Under the pieces are notes generated by a model that had not been told where the DNA came from, did no database searches, and saw only the letters and a list, made by a program, of their open reading frames with translations. The position numbers were made by a program, and so were the translations under genes. Shown one piece after another: positions 21,823 through 33,112 of a DNA stretch of 64,000 nt (position 1 is the first letter of the stretch; each line of letters begins with the position of its first letter). This DNA comes from an uncultured Methanoregulaceae archaeon (lineage in GTDB: Archaea > Halobacteriota > Methanomicrobia > Methanomicrobiales > Methanospirillaceae), in contig OY970343.1 in the NCBI GenBank assembly GCA_963717525.1, positions 1,376,001 through 1,440,000 of the forward strand. The letters run 5' to 3'.

Positions 21823-22738
21823 AGTCTTCCATTTTTTGAATAACTTTTAAAAAATTATTCACCTGGTTATCGAGTTTTTGATTGTCGATAGATTTTCTAA
21901 ACGCAGAGATCAGATTTTTTATTAAGTTATCCGAGAGCATGCACCGTGAAGAGGTTTGTTCAAAGTCCCCAGGTTTGAGGGAATCCCGGGCGATGCTGCA
22001 TACAACGTGATCGATCATCTCCGCCTTGAAAGGTCCGATAAAATCCCGTACAAGCGATCCTGGGCCCTCATGCAAAAGGCCGAGATCGGGATCCAGCCGG
22101 GCGCCAATGACAGAGACGCAGCAATTCCCAAAGAGCATCGCATAGCCAAACGAGAAAATAGCATTGATAGGATCGCATTGCGGCTGCATCGTTCGCCTCC
22201 TGAAATCGAAACATTTGGGGATATCCCTTGACAGGATCTCATAATACATATTTGCCGTAAGGTCAGATAACCGGCGGAGTTCATCCGGTTTTTCCAGATT
22301 CTCGAGATCATGGAGGGCATTATGCAGGATCTGCTGTTCACCCTCGTAAAAAAGATGTGATCCACGCTGCTCCTGAAGAGTCTCGATCGCGATCAGCCGG
22401 GATTTAAGAGAAGCCTGTGCAATGGTTCTCGCGTACCGATGCCGGGGCAAGTCCTCCTGCAGGTGTTGAATTTGTTTGTCATGAGCATTTCCAAAGGGTT
22501 TTAGGATTCCGACGGGAGTGCCATCAGGTTCAAAAAATGAGATATACGACCCGTTTCTCAGCAGATGAGAGATGGTTGTCGAGCTCAGGTGATGTCCCCC
22601 CACAATGAGGAGATTCTTTATCTCATCAAGCGGGTATTCTTCGACACTTCCATTATGGAGGACAATTAATTTTTTTTGCGTGGACTTGATGTGAGCCCCA
22701 AACCCATACACTGCCAGCCAAGGGATCGTTCGTGACAT
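21806..22738 (-). CDS. cas1: Solo Cas1 homologue, apparently catalytically degenerate
   Basis: N-terminal beta domain, FRRR...DPINAIFSFGYAML, LDPDLGLLH, SLVRD; no cas2 or array nearby. Confidence 0.85.
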   Translation of the reverse strand: MSRTIPWLAVYGFGAHIKSTQKKLIVLHNGSVEEYPLDEIKNLLIVGGHHLSSTTISHLLRNGSYISFFEPDGTPVGILKPFGNAHDKQIQHLQEDLPRHRYARTIAQASLKSRLIAIETLQEQRGSHLFYEGEQQILHNALHDLENLEKPDELRRLSDLTANMYYEILSRDIPKCFDFRRRTMQPQCDPINAIFSFGYAMLFGNCCVSVIGARLDPDLGLLHEGPGSLVRDFIGPFKAEMIDHVVCSIARDSLKPGDFEQTSSRCMLSDNLIKNLISAFRKSIDNQKLDNQVNNFLKVIQKMEDFTVMY

Positions 22739-22935
22739 AAATGCCCGTGTGAAAAAGATTGATTTAATCTACATAGTGCCCTTTTTTTCCTGATTAAGGC
22801 ATCGCTTTTGGTCATTAAATCCACATAAACAATAGTTCATTGTTAATTTCTGCAGATTATGTTCACCTGTGAACGAAGAAGTATAAAGGATATAAGAAGC
22901 CATACGTACAGTGTCATGCAATAGCATAACAGGTG

Positions 22936-24232
22936 ATGCGGATGTTCTGGGATAAAAAAATGGAGACGCTGAAACCTGCGGCTCTCAAGGCTCTTCAGCT
23001 GAAGCGTCTGAAAAAAACCCTTCACGCAGTACAAAATGTTGAATTTTACCGGAAACAGTTTGAAAGCGCCGGGGTATCTGCTGCAGATATCAAGACTCTT
23101 GAGGATGTCAGGAAATTACCCTTCACTAAAAAACAGGACCTCCGCGATGGCTATCCTTTCGGGTTCTTTGCGGTCCCGATGCAAAAAATTGTTCGGATCC
23201 ATACAACCTCCGGGACGACCGGGAAACCCACCGTAGTCGGATATACCCGCGGGGATCTGGATACATGGGCAAATCTTATCGCCCGGAACATGACCATGAT
23301 CGGCATTGGTGAGAACGACATCTTCCAGAATATGGTCAATTACGGGATGTTCACCGGCGGACTGGGGTTTCATTACGGCGCAGAACTGATAGGGATGACC
23401 GTGATCCCAAGTGCAACAGGGAATAGCCGACGCCAGATTGAGATGATTCGCGATTTTGGCGTTACTGCCATCCATTGCACACCCAGTTATGCGATGCATC
23501 TGTCCGAGGTTGCCGAAGAGATGGGCGAAACCCTTGAGAGCCTGAAGACCGGTATTTTCGGGGCTGAACCCTGGTCGGATACCATGAGGCATACCCTCGA
23601 AGAACGTCTTGGTGTTACAGCATTCGATTCATACGGTATGAGCGAACTTTTTGGCCCGGGTGTCGCATTTGAATGCCCCGAGCGGGACGGCCTCCATATA
23701 TGGCACGACAGCTTCCTGGTAGAAATCATCGATCCAAAAACCGGCGAATGTCTCCCCGACGGGGAACGGGGCGAGATGGTGGTGACACCGCTGGTAAAAG
23801 AGGCCATGCCGCTCGGTACGCTACCGGACCGGTGATGTCACCATGCTCATGGAAGACGGGTGCCTCTGCGGCCGGGGGAAAAAGATCGCACGGCTGCGTG
23901 GAAGAAGCGACGATATGCTGATTATTCGTGGCATCAACGTTTTCCCATCCCAGATTGAACATGTCCTGCTCAGGATTCCGGAAGTCGGCAATCAGTTTAT
24001 GGTATATATAGACAGAATCAATCATCTGGATGAGATGACCGTGGAAGTCGAGATAAACAGGAGCTATTTCAGCGGGGAACTAGCAGAGCTTGCCAAGATC
24101 CAGAAAAAAGTGGTAAAAGAACTGCACGATACCCTTGAACTGAGGACAACTGTAAATCTGGTAGAACCGGGTTCGCTACCCAGGTTCGAGGGGAAAGCCA
24201 AACGGGTCATCGACCGGCGGGGTGATATCTGA
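22936..24232 (+). CDS. paaK: Phenylacetate-CoA ligase family protein; indel(s) near 23810-23825
   Basis: TSGTTGKP, YGMSE, GRSDDMLIIRGINVFP. Confidence 0.88.
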
Positions 24233-25534
24233 TGCAGGTACTGGGATCCAAGAGTGGAAGAGATGCCAGCGGCGGATCTCCGGAAAGTCCAGTATAAATT
24301 ATTAAAAAGCCTGGTCTGCCGGCTCTACAGCTTCTCACCCTTTTACCATGACCGTATGAAAGAGCAGAAGGTCCATCCGGATGATATCCGGGAGTTATCC
24401 GATATCGGAAAACTCCCCTTCATGTTCAAGCGGGATCTCCGGGATAATTATCCCAACAGGATCTTCACGGCTTCACAGGACGAACTCGTACGGTATCATG
24501 TCTCCTCCGGGACCACAGGAAAGCCAACGGTAGTGGGCTATACGCAGAGAGATCTCGATCTCTGGACCTCCTCACTTGCCCGGGCGCTCACCTCCATCGG
24601 TCTGGGGAGAGGCGACGTTATCCAGGTCAGTTACGGTTACGGCCTGTTCACCGGAGGTCTTGGCGTGCACTACGGGGCCGAGCGAATCGGCGCAACCGTT
24701 CTCCCGACCAGCGTCGGGAACACCGAGCGCCAGATTGAATTGATGCAGGATCTCAACGTAACCGCCATTGCCTGCACTCCTTCCTACCTTCTCCATATCG
24801 GGGAGGTTGCGGAAAAGATGGGCTTCGATATCAAAAAGGACTCCTGCCTCAAAACAGGAATTCTTGGCGCCGAACCCTGGACTGAAGGGATGCGTACCAG
24901 GATAGAAAACTGGCTGGGTATCAAGGCGTACGACATTTACGGAACAAGCGAACTCTCCGGGCCGATGTTTACCGAATGCGCCCAACAGAACGGTTTTCAT
25001 ATCTGGTCGGATATCGCTTATGCAGAGATCATCGATCCAAAGACCGGTGAATCGCTCGAAGCGGGAGAGAAGGGTGAATTAACCATCACGATGCTCCAGA
25101 AAGAAGCGCTCCCGATGATCCGTTACCGGATTGGTGATATAGCATCTATAGATGAGGATGTATGCCCCTGCGGCAGAACGAGCCCAAGGATCAACAGGAT
25201 CCAGGGAAGAGTGGACGATATGCTGATCATCAGGGGAATCAATGTATTCCCTTCACAGGTAGAATACACCCTGATGTCAATTCCCGAAGTCGGGCAGCAT
25301 TTCCAGATCGTTGTCGAGCGGTCAGGTGCGCTTGATGATATGCTGGTGAGGGTCGAATTGACAAAAGAGTCATTCAGTGACAAGATCACTGACCTCATGA
25401 AGATCCGACAGAGCGTAGAACACCGGCTCCGAAACGCGCTGAGCGTAGCCGTGGATGTTGAACTGGTGGAGCCGGGATCACTGCCACGGTTTGAAGGTAA
25501 GTCAAAAAAAGTGATCGATAAGAGGGTGTTGTAA
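24232..25534 (+). CDS. paaK: Second phenylacetate-CoA ligase family protein (possible indel just after start)
   Basis: SSGTTGKP, YGTSE, RYRIGD, GRVDDM. Confidence 0.9.
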
Positions 25535-25535
25535 G

Positions 25536-25970
25536 ATGGACAGGAAAAAGTATGTAATTAAACAGATCTCGATATTCTCGGAAAACCGCCCGGGCAGGCT
25601 GGCCTCGGTCGCCCAGGCACTGGGGGAAGAGAAGGTCAATATCCTTGCGTTCAGCATTGCAGAGGCAAGCGGGTTTGGCGTTATCCGGGCACTGGTTGAT
25701 CACCCGCAAAAAGCATATGAAAAACTCTCGTCGCTGGGATTCAATGTTGCCTTCACCGATGTTATCGCTGTCCAGATGAAAGACCAGCCCGGGGGGCTTT
25801 TTGAAATAGCAAAAGTTCTGGGTGACGCCGGCATCAACATTGAATATTCCTATGCCTATTCAGGGAAAAAGGCCGCGGTGCTCATCCTCCGCGTGGATCA
25901 GGTAGACGATGCAATAGAGAAAATACTGGCATCCGGGGCGACACTGCTGGAATATTCAGTCTTCCATTAG
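25536..25970 (+). CDS. ACT domain-containing protein
   Basis: QISIFSENRPGRL and DQPGGL...INIEYSY; typical paaK neighbour. Confidence 0.85.
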   Translation: MDRKKYVIKQISIFSENRPGRLASVAQALGEEKVNILAFSIAEASGFGVIRALVDHPQKAYEKLSSLGFNVAFTDVIAVQMKDQPGGLFEIAKVLGDAGINIEYSYAYSGKKAAVLILRVDQVDDAIEKILASGATLLEYSVFH

Positions 25971-25978
25971 TTCCAGTT

Positions 25979-27265
25979 TCACTTCTTTTCCCATTTTATC
26001 AGTTCGGCCACCGCTGAGAGCGTGCTGCCCCGGCGGATCTCCTCGCGGATCCTCGCCTCGGTTTTTTTGACCTCGAGTGCTCTTCGGGCAACTTCATAGG
26101 CCCGCTCGCCAGGGATTACAACAACACCGCTTTCATCCCCGACAATCCAGTCACCGGGCCGGATGTATTGTCCGCAACACTGGATCTCGGCGTTGATCTC
26201 CCCGAATCCCTTGGGCTCACCGGCATTGGGTACGACAGCACGGGCAAAAAGAGGGAAATTCATCGCACGGATGTCATCGATGTCGCGGGCTGCCCCGTCG
26301 ATCACGACTCCGGCAATGCCTCTTTGTATACAACTCAATGTTGCAAGTTCACCCCAGGGGGCGACATGGACGCAGCCATCGTTGTTGATCACAAGAACGC
26401 TGCCGGGTGCCGCAGCTTCTATGGCCTCCACGGGTTTGGCCCAATCACCGGCTACAGTGCGTACGGTTACCGCTTTTCCCGCCATCTTCACATTTCCACA
26501 AAGTGAGACCAGTCCCGGGAGCGCACCCTTCCGGTGCATCGCGTCGCTGATATTGGGGGTGGATACCTGCATCAGAAGCGAATGGATCTCCTCATCCGGG
26601 TTCATTTTTTCAGGAGCCACGAGGGATGGCGAATCAAGGGACTGGCGGATCGTGCGGGCCGATCCCGTGACATCGGCAGAACGGGCAATCCACCCGCCGA
26701 CAATTACGATATCCGCACCCTCCTTCGCAGCCTCTCCTGCAGTAGCAGCATCAAGACCTCCCGCAACTGCAACCGGAATGTGGATTTGGCCTTGGAGAGC
26801 CCGGAGAAGGTCCAGGGAGTTCTTCCCGATCATCTGCTGATCGATACCAACATGGGCGGCGATGATATCTACCCCCAGAGATTCAAGTTCCCGGGCACGT
26901 ACCACAGGATCCCGGACATTGATAAGATCTGCCATCAGCTTGGTCCCGTATAACCGGCTGGCCCGCACTGCTTCTGAGATAACTGCATCGTCCGCATCGG
27001 CAAGGATACAGACAATACTGGCCCCGGCTTTTGCAGCCATCTCGACTTCCATGGTGCCAGTATCGGCAATCTTCATATCTGCAACAATCACTGCATCCGG
27101 GAACTGCCCGCGTAACGTACGGATAGCCTGCATCCCCTCGCTTTTGATAAGCGGTGTACCGGCTTCAATCCAGTCTGCCCCACCGGCGAGTGCCTCTCTT
27201 GCGATGTGCACAGCCCGTTTTAATTCGAGAAGGTCCAGTGCAACCTGCAGGACTATCTTTTTCAT
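25979..27265 (-). CDS. 3-hexulose-6-phosphate synthase fused to RraA-like domain
   Basis: [23 protein letters not shown]-terminal [23 protein letters not shown]. Confidence 0.9.
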   Translation of the reverse strand: MKKIVLQVALDLLELKRAVHIAREALAGGADWIEAGTPLIKSEGMQAIRTLRGQFPDAVIVADMKIADTGTMEVEMAAKAGASIVCILADADDAVISEAVRASRLYGTKLMADLINVRDPVVRARELESLGVDIIAAHVGIDQQMIGKNSLDLLRALQGQIHIPVAVAGGLDAATAGEAAKEGADIVIVGGWIARSADVTGSARTIRQSLDSPSLVAPEKMNPDEEIHSLLMQVSTPNISDAMHRKGALPGLVSLCGNVKMAGKAVTVRTVAGDWAKPVEAIEAAAPGSVLVINNDGCVHVAPWGELATLSCIQRGIAGVVIDGAARDIDDIRAMNFPLFARAVVPNAGEPKGFGEINAEIQCCGQYIRPGDWIVGDESGVVVIPGERAYEVARRALEVKKTEARIREEIRRGSTLSAVAELIKWEKK

Positions 27266-27371
27266 AAATTATGATTGGGGTGTAAGGGATGTTTAAGCAT
27301 TGTGAGGGTAGATCCCGAACGGATCATCAGGAAAAAAGGCAAAAAACAAGAATAGGAGGTTTTGGTAATAA

Positions 27372-27878
27372 TTACTCTTTCCTGAAGACATCAGAAAATA
27401 CCATATTCTTCGTCTCTTTCTTTGGAGATGGAGTAATCTCAAGGGGCAACCCTGCAGGAACCAGTACGACAAGGGTGTATTTCTCCGGAACATTCAGGAG
27501 CTTCCTGATTTCCTCTGCGTACTCCTTCTTTTCACCTGCCACCCAGCAGGAGCCCACACCATAGGCCTGCAGGCCGAGGATCAGATTCTCTGTCGCTGCG
27601 CAGCAGTCTTCCAGGTAATATTTTGCATTACGCTCCCCGAAAACTAAAAAACAGAGTGGGGCATCGGCGATAAATTTCCCATGATCGGTCACCGCACCAA
27701 TTTTTTTGAGCAGGTCCCCGGAACGTATGATACCGATCAGCCACGGTTGCAGGTTCATGGCAGTCGGGGCATGAACCGCACACTCGATGGCATCATGGAT
27801 AAAGGATTCATCGATCGGATCCGGCTTGAATTTCCGGACACTATGTCGTCCTTTGATGACTGCAGTTATAACATTCAT
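27372..27878 (-). CDS. Nitroreductase family protein
   Basis: RHSVRKF, APTAMNLQPW, GVGSCWV. Confidence 0.9.
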   Translation of the reverse strand: MNVITAVIKGRHSVRKFKPDPIDESFIHDAIECAVHAPTAMNLQPWLIGIIRSGDLLKKIGAVTDHGKFIADAPLCFLVFGERNAKYYLEDCCAATENLILGLQAYGVGSCWVAGEKKEYAEEIRKLLNVPEKYTLVVLVPAGLPLEITPSPKKETKNMVFSDVFRKE

Positions 27879-27926
27879 ACCGGGATATGGAGAAACGGCA
27901 GATAAAAAGTTTATGGAGGGGGGTGA

Positions 27927-28982
27927 TCAGTGCTGTTTTTTAAGCACAATAATCGCGAGGGAACCGAGAGAAACCAACGTCAGGAGGGTACCGAACCCGG
28001 GAGATCCGGCAGTGGTTGTCTCCACCGGGATGGGCGTAGTGGGAACGGTAGAGGCCGTAGCAGATGCCGTCGTAACAACGGGAACCGGGGTACTGGGAGT
28101 TATCGTTGGTATTGTTGTGGGCACAGCGGTACTCTGTGTCGTGGGCAGGAGGGAAGGAGGTGTTTGTACAGTGCCCCCCGGTGTCGTTGTTACTGCTGTG
28201 GGAACATTCACCGAGATCAGCGGGTTCTGTTCCTGATCAAGGAGGGTGTTTTGCTGGCTTATTGTCTTACCAGGTATTCCATAGTTATCATACATATTGT
28301 TTATATCGCACTTGGCCCAGATGGTATACGTTCCCGTAACGTACTGGGAGTTCCCGGTGTCCCAGCTCCAAGGAGTTGTATAGTCCGCTTGTGAAATCAC
28401 GAGGTTTTCAAGAGATTGCGGAGTCCCCGAGCTGTCGAGAAGTGCGGAGTAAGTACCTCCTACAGGAGATTGGACATAGATAGTAATACCTTCAGGTGTC
28501 GATCCACCCGATGGTCTCGAGAAAATTTGGTTCAGGTTGGTATCTATCCTGAAAGCAGCCTGATCTCCCCGGGGGATCCATTTGTTTGTCACATCAATAT
28601 TGACCGTTGTGTCGATGACTCTGATAGCCAGTGAAGGATCGGCGACAACGAAAGCTATACCATCCGGTTTTCCTTGCGAATTAAGCCGGTACCATGTACC
28701 GACATATTGTCCGAATGCTGAAGATGACACATAAAAATTCGAAGGTGAGGTAATCGGCATCTGGCTGTCAGGAGAACTCGTCGCGATGGCCGCCCCGGAC
28801 GCCCACCATCCTATAGAGGAATCACTCCCTATTGCAGCAGTAACATCAAGACCCTGCTCCCCAATGTAAACGGTTCCTCCCTGCTGGATGGTTGTATATG
28901 CTCCTGCTGCCATTGCCGGAACGGCAAGTAAGCACAGGCATATAAGAACAATCCCAAGCCGGACTTTTGATACAGCTCGCAT
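27927..28982 (-). CDS. Secreted surface glycoprotein (DUF3821-like) with PGF-CTERM sorting signal
   Basis: Signal peptide, GGTVYIGEQGLDVT, Thr/Pro linker, SPGF + TM + KK. Confidence 0.75.
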   Translation of the reverse strand: MRAVSKVRLGIVLICLCLLAVPAMAAGAYTTIQQGGTVYIGEQGLDVTAAIGSDSSIGWWASGAAIATSSPDSQMPITSPSNFYVSSSAFGQYVGTWYRLNSQGKPDGIAFVVADPSLAIRVIDTTVNIDVTNKWIPRGDQAAFRIDTNLNQIFSRPSGGSTPEGITIYVQSPVGGTYSALLDSSGTPQSLENLVISQADYTTPWSWDTGNSQYVTGTYTIWAKCDINNMYDNYGIPGKTISQQNTLLDQEQNPLISVNVPTAVTTTPGGTVQTPPSLLPTTQSTAVPTTIPTITPSTPVPVVTTASATASTVPTTPIPVETTTAGSPGFGTLLTLVSLGSLAIIVLKKQH

Positions 28983-29563
28983 AGTCTTCAATGCTGCTTT
29001 GGTCTTAAAAAACGTGACGCTTCTCAAAGTAATATTAGTGAGGAGAGCTGGAGGGTAGACCATAGCCGATAATTCCAGGAGAGGATAAAAGGCGGATAAC
29101 ACTATCGCGAAATAGGTTATGGGCAACGTGGGGATCCCTGTGTATTGAAAGAAAAAGAATCGGTACGGGATCAGCCCGGGACATTTTTCTTTCTTTGCCG
29201 GTCCGGGACTCCGAACAAAAACACGCGATCTGGTGATGAGGTCACCCCGGAGCCGGAAAAATTGAGTTGGATGTACATGCAACTGTTGAATGTACATGTG
29301 ACATCGCGTTTTCGGGACAGAAATTTGGCCGGATCAGCTGGACCATTAAGAGACCCCGGGCTGATCGTAGTAGTGCAGCCGCTTCCAATTTCATAATAAC
29401 AGGACTAGGTACAATCGGTCCCGTACACGATGATCCGGTTCTCTTCTCCCAAAGGTACGGGAACAACGGTCATTTTTTTATTGTTCCGGTGCCCGGTGAG
29501 ATCCAGAAATATGCCCTCTCCCCGGACTGAGGCAGATAACGCTAATCCAAAATCCGGTGATAG

Positions 29564-30118
29564 TTATTCTCTGCAAATCGCATCGAAATTTTCGTAAACC
29601 CGTTTCCCGTCAACCGTGTGGCTGACCTCAGGATGCCACTGAAGCCCGTAAACCCGTTTCTCCGGGCACGCAACAGCCTCAATGCCGCAGATACCGGAGC
29701 TGGCTAAGAGGGTAAATCCATCTGGCACCCTGCAGACCTCATCCGCATGTGACGCCCAGACCGGAATCTTCTCAGGATACCCTGCCAGGATATCGTCATG
29801 ATCACGTATAGTGACCTCAACCGATCCGTATCCCCCGGATTTTCCCGGATGAACACCGCCGCCAAACTTACTCGCGATGATATGAAGCCCGAGGCAGATC
29901 CCAAGAACCGGGAGCCCGAGATCCAGGTACTCAGCGCACACCCCGGCACGCTCGATTGCCGGCCCGCCACCAAGAATAATGCCCCGGTACGCTGCAGCGA
30001 CCTCCTCTTTAGGGGTCGTATTGGGGATCAGCATCACATCGATATCCAGATCTCTCAGGGCACGGTGTATCAGATGGTTGAACTGCCCATAGTTGTTGAC
30101 CACGCAGATGGGGAGCAT
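29564..30118 (-). CDS. guaAA: GMP synthase subunit A (glutamine amidotransferase)
   Basis: GQFNHLIHR, LGICLG, QWHPEV. Confidence 0.92.
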   Translation of the reverse strand: MLPICVVNNYGQFNHLIHRALRDLDIDVMLIPNTTPKEEVAAAYRGIILGGGPAIERAGVCAEYLDLGLPVLGICLGLHIIASKFGGGVHPGKSGGYGSVEVTIRDHDDILAGYPEKIPVWASHADEVCRVPDGFTLLASSGICGIEAVACPEKRVYGLQWHPEVSHTVDGKRVYENFDAICRE

Positions 30119-30157
30119 TGTTACAGATCCTTATGATAAAAGGGCTATTAAGCCTGA

Positions 30158-31168
30158 TCAGCTGTACTCCTGGACCGTCCTAAAGATCTTCTCTTTGATC
30201 TGGGGCGGGGTAAAGCCCATGACCGAGGCCATGAACATGGCTCCCCCGGCGCCGGTTCCTTCCTTGACCTCCCCGGTACAGTAGCAGGCAAGGCCATCGT
30301 GGCCGAGTTCGCCAAACCCGGGGTCGACGTAATACATGGTTACGCCAATCATCGCGGCAAGATCCTGTACATTTGCCGTTCGGTCGTCACGGACATACAC
30401 GGTCGTGGCGATGGCAGGCAGGAGACCCTTTAGCGCCTTGATCACACCGCATACCGCAAGCATCTGGGTTCCCCCGGCAAGCACCAGCGTCCCGGAATAC
30501 GTACGGGCAATACCCGCCGCCACCGGGATCATCGGATCTCCGACACACCTGATTATTGCAAGGGGATCCTTGAGGGTATCAGGTGCGATACCAGCGAGAA
30601 CATCCCGGCAGATCGCTTCTTTCTGAGAAAGAGGGTTTCGGACGAAACTGCTGCTGACCATGGCAGGATACCCGAGAGCCCGGAGCACGCAGAGCGCGGT
30701 CGTCGTCCCGCCCGGCACGCACTCGCCAAGGACGAGCAGGTCCCCGGTGCCTGACATGATCTTACCGATCTCCTGCCCATGGGTGAAGAGTTGGTGCGCG
30801 AGAGGCACGGCATCCCCGGTCCGCGGATCGTTTCCCACGCCCCCAAGGGCATCCAGGTACGGGACGGTCAGCGGGTACTTCAGCCCGGCATTGATAAAGA
30901 GCGGGGCAACACCGGTCAGCTCCATCATCGCACGTGTAATAGTGGCCGGGGTTGGGCAGCCGGTGGGGGTATTGGGCTTGAGATTCAGGCTGGTGATCCG
31001 GCCGGTCGCGACCAGTTCGGCGTCAAGGTTCGGAGTCAGGAGCGTTTTTTCGGGTGTCGGGCCGGCGCCGGAGATACCGGGAATGGTGGAGACCAGGGTA
31101 TTCCCGAGAATGACGCAAAATGCCGGTTTTTTGCAGGAAAATGGGGGCACACCGGTAAGGAACGGCAT
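30158..31168 (-). CDS. cobT: Archaeal nicotinate-nucleotide:base phosphoribosyltransferase
   Basis: IPGISGAG, ECVPGGTTTA, LAGGTQM, VKEGTGAGG. Confidence 0.85.
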   Translation of the reverse strand: MPFLTGVPPFSCKKPAFCVILGNTLVSTIPGISGAGPTPEKTLLTPNLDAELVATGRITSLNLKPNTPTGCPTPATITRAMMELTGVAPLFINAGLKYPLTVPYLDALGGVGNDPRTGDAVPLAHQLFTHGQEIGKIMSGTGDLLVLGECVPGGTTTALCVLRALGYPAMVSSSFVRNPLSQKEAICRDVLAGIAPDTLKDPLAIIRCVGDPMIPVAAGIARTYSGTLVLAGGTQMLAVCGVIKALKGLLPAIATTVYVRDDRTANVQDLAAMIGVTMYYVDPGFGELGHDGLACYCTGEVKEGTGAGGAMFMASVMGFTPPQIKEKIFRTVQEYS

Positions 31169-31260
31169 GAGTACTCAGGATAAGAACATCTTTTGTCCAT
31201 CTGGTTTGAAGATATCGGCTTGTCGTTTCATAACCCTCTAATAGAAGCGTCCCCCAGTAC

Positions 31261-31705
31261 ATGTCTGAAATGTTTGAGATAGAGGCCCGGCTGGAAAAAA
31301 AGGGAATTACCCTTGATGCTATGGTCGAAGCGGCCATGGGGCTCTATATCTCCCACGGTATGCCAGACGATCAGGCGGCTGAAAATATCAGAGGAAAGAT
31401 GCAGAAATACCTCGCGGATCCCAATGTCGCCTCCCTGCTCCTTGGCGCCGTGCTGCTTGAAGAAGAGCTCTGATGAGAACCGGAAAGACTCTGAAATCGC
31501 TGAGGATCCGGTTTTTTTGCTCAGCGATGAGATCATCGGCATGGCTATCGCCGAATGTATCGGAGGAACCTACGCACGGTTCGAGTTTACCCGGTACGAC
31601 CAGAAAAAGCCCGGCATCCTTGCTACGCTCGGACCCTTTCTCGACGATGCCGTGGCAGGCCTGATCGCCGGATGCACCTCCCGCCTGTACAGTGAATGCA
31701 TATGA
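31261..31705 (+). CDS. cobZ: Alpha-ribazole phosphatase CobZ; apparent +1 indel near 31471
   Basis: DPNVASLL then DPVFLLSDE, YDQKKPGIL, PFLDD in the next frame; upstream of cobS. Confidence 0.8.
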
Positions 31706-32412
31706 GACCGGTCCTGTCGCTTTTACAGTTTACCACCATTATCCCTTTGGGAAAACCACAGGATTTCGATCTTTTTGCACGGCATTCCTGGATATTTCCT
31801 GTTGCCGGATATATAATAGCCCTGCTGGTCGCCGTGCCGGTATTTTTTATTGTAGATAAGATTCTTGCCGCGGCCGTTGCTGTTGCGGGTGTCATCCTCC
31901 TCTCAGGTGCCCACCATTTCGATGGCCTTCTCGATTTTGGCGACGGCCTGATGGCACAGGGAGATCGGGAGAAACGGACACGCGCTCTCACGGACCGGTA
32001 CGTCGGTGCCGGGGGCATAGCCGCCGGGATTGTCATCACCCTCCTGCTCTTTGCCGGCCTGCACGCAGCCGCATCCATGATATCAGCCCTGATCATTGGA
32101 GAGGTCACTGCAAAATTTTCAATGGCCTTTCTTACCGCATACGGGACGCCGTTCAAAGAGGGAATGCACAGCTACCTCCACCGGTTTGCAAAGCCCTATT
32201 TCCCCTTCCTCTCGCTCCTTCTGTGCATCCCCCTTGTTCTTCTCCCGGTATCCCTCTTCCACCTCGCGGTCGCAGCCACCGTCATGATCCTCTGCCCGGT
32301 AATGCTCCTTGTCCTATCAGAACGATTTTTTGGGGGCGTCAATGGCGATGTGGTCGGAGCGGCAAACGAGATTACCCGGGCACTTGTTATTGTTGCACTG
32401 GCGCTGGCCTGA
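31702..32412 (+). CDS. cobS: Adenosylcobinamide-GDP ribazoletransferase
   Basis: HHFDGLLDFGDG, FGGVNGDVVGAANE. Confidence 0.92.
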   Translation: MRPVLSLLQFTTIIPLGKPQDFDLFARHSWIFPVAGYIIALLVAVPVFFIVDKILAAAVAVAGVILLSGAHHFDGLLDFGDGLMAQGDREKRTRALTDRYVGAGGIAAGIVITLLLFAGLHAAASMISALIIGEVTAKFSMAFLTAYGTPFKEGMHSYLHRFAKPYFPFLSLLLCIPLVLLPVSLFHLAVAATVMILCPVMLLVLSERFFGGVNGDVVGAANEITRALVIVALALA

Positions 32413-32652
32413 ATAGCTCATATTTTTCCAAGGAGTGCGGAGCCCTCCAATATTCCCTGCCCACAAGGCAGATATCAAAAAATGAACGCTCATACGTCTT
32501 GTGGCAACGGTATAGCCCTTGGGTACTGGAAGCGACAGCCGGCTTCCGGATGAGCAGATGGCAGGCATCAGATCTGACAAACGATCTGCAATTTGAAAAA
32601 TTCATGGGATATAAAAAGAACTATCACAACTTTCCCGTTCGAACAGCGATTT

Positions 32653-32949
32653 TCAATATAATTTTTGAAAACCCTCATTGTTATCGTCGTCACACTCTAT
32701 TGCAGTGCCGTCCCGGACCAGTGCATTGAACATCAGTGCAGCGTTCATGAGCGTTTCATCAGCGACACTAAGATGCCGCAGATCGCTGAGCGCTTTTACC
32801 TGAGGAGATTGGGTCAGCCGGGTTCCCACGCGGACACCCTGACAGTGCCTGCAGTAAGCACAGTTACTGTATACGGATACACTGCCCGCGGCGCATGAAA
32901 CAGTAACCCGGTTTTTGGAGGTATCCCGCTGGAACGGTAGTGTCTTCAT
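32653..32949 (-). CDS. Small Cys-rich hypothetical protein
   Basis: CAYCRHC motif; divergent from tuf. Confidence 0.5.
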   Translation of the reverse strand: MKTLPFQRDTSKNRVTVSCAAGSVSVYSNCAYCRHCQGVRVGTRLTQSPQVKALSDLRHLSVADETLMNAALMFNALVRDGTAIECDDDNNEGFQKLY

Positions 32950-33112
32950 ACACAAAACAATAATCAAACAAACGATATGAGAATATCGATATGAATTATC
33001 ACCTGAAAAAAAGGTATGGGGAATCAAAACACTTTAAATAGATGCGTCTCATATATGTAATACTCGCATAGACAGACGGTATGCGTATATCCCACTTTGG
33101 GAGGAACAATTA

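Noticed and set aside
21500..23000. CRISPR array or casposon around cas1
   Set aside because: No repeat-spacer pattern, other cas genes, family B polymerase or terminal inverted repeats were seen.
28983..29297. 105-aa N-terminal extension of the PGF-CTERM protein
   Set aside because: The signal peptide starts at ATG 28982; the extension looks like read-through of intergenic DNA.
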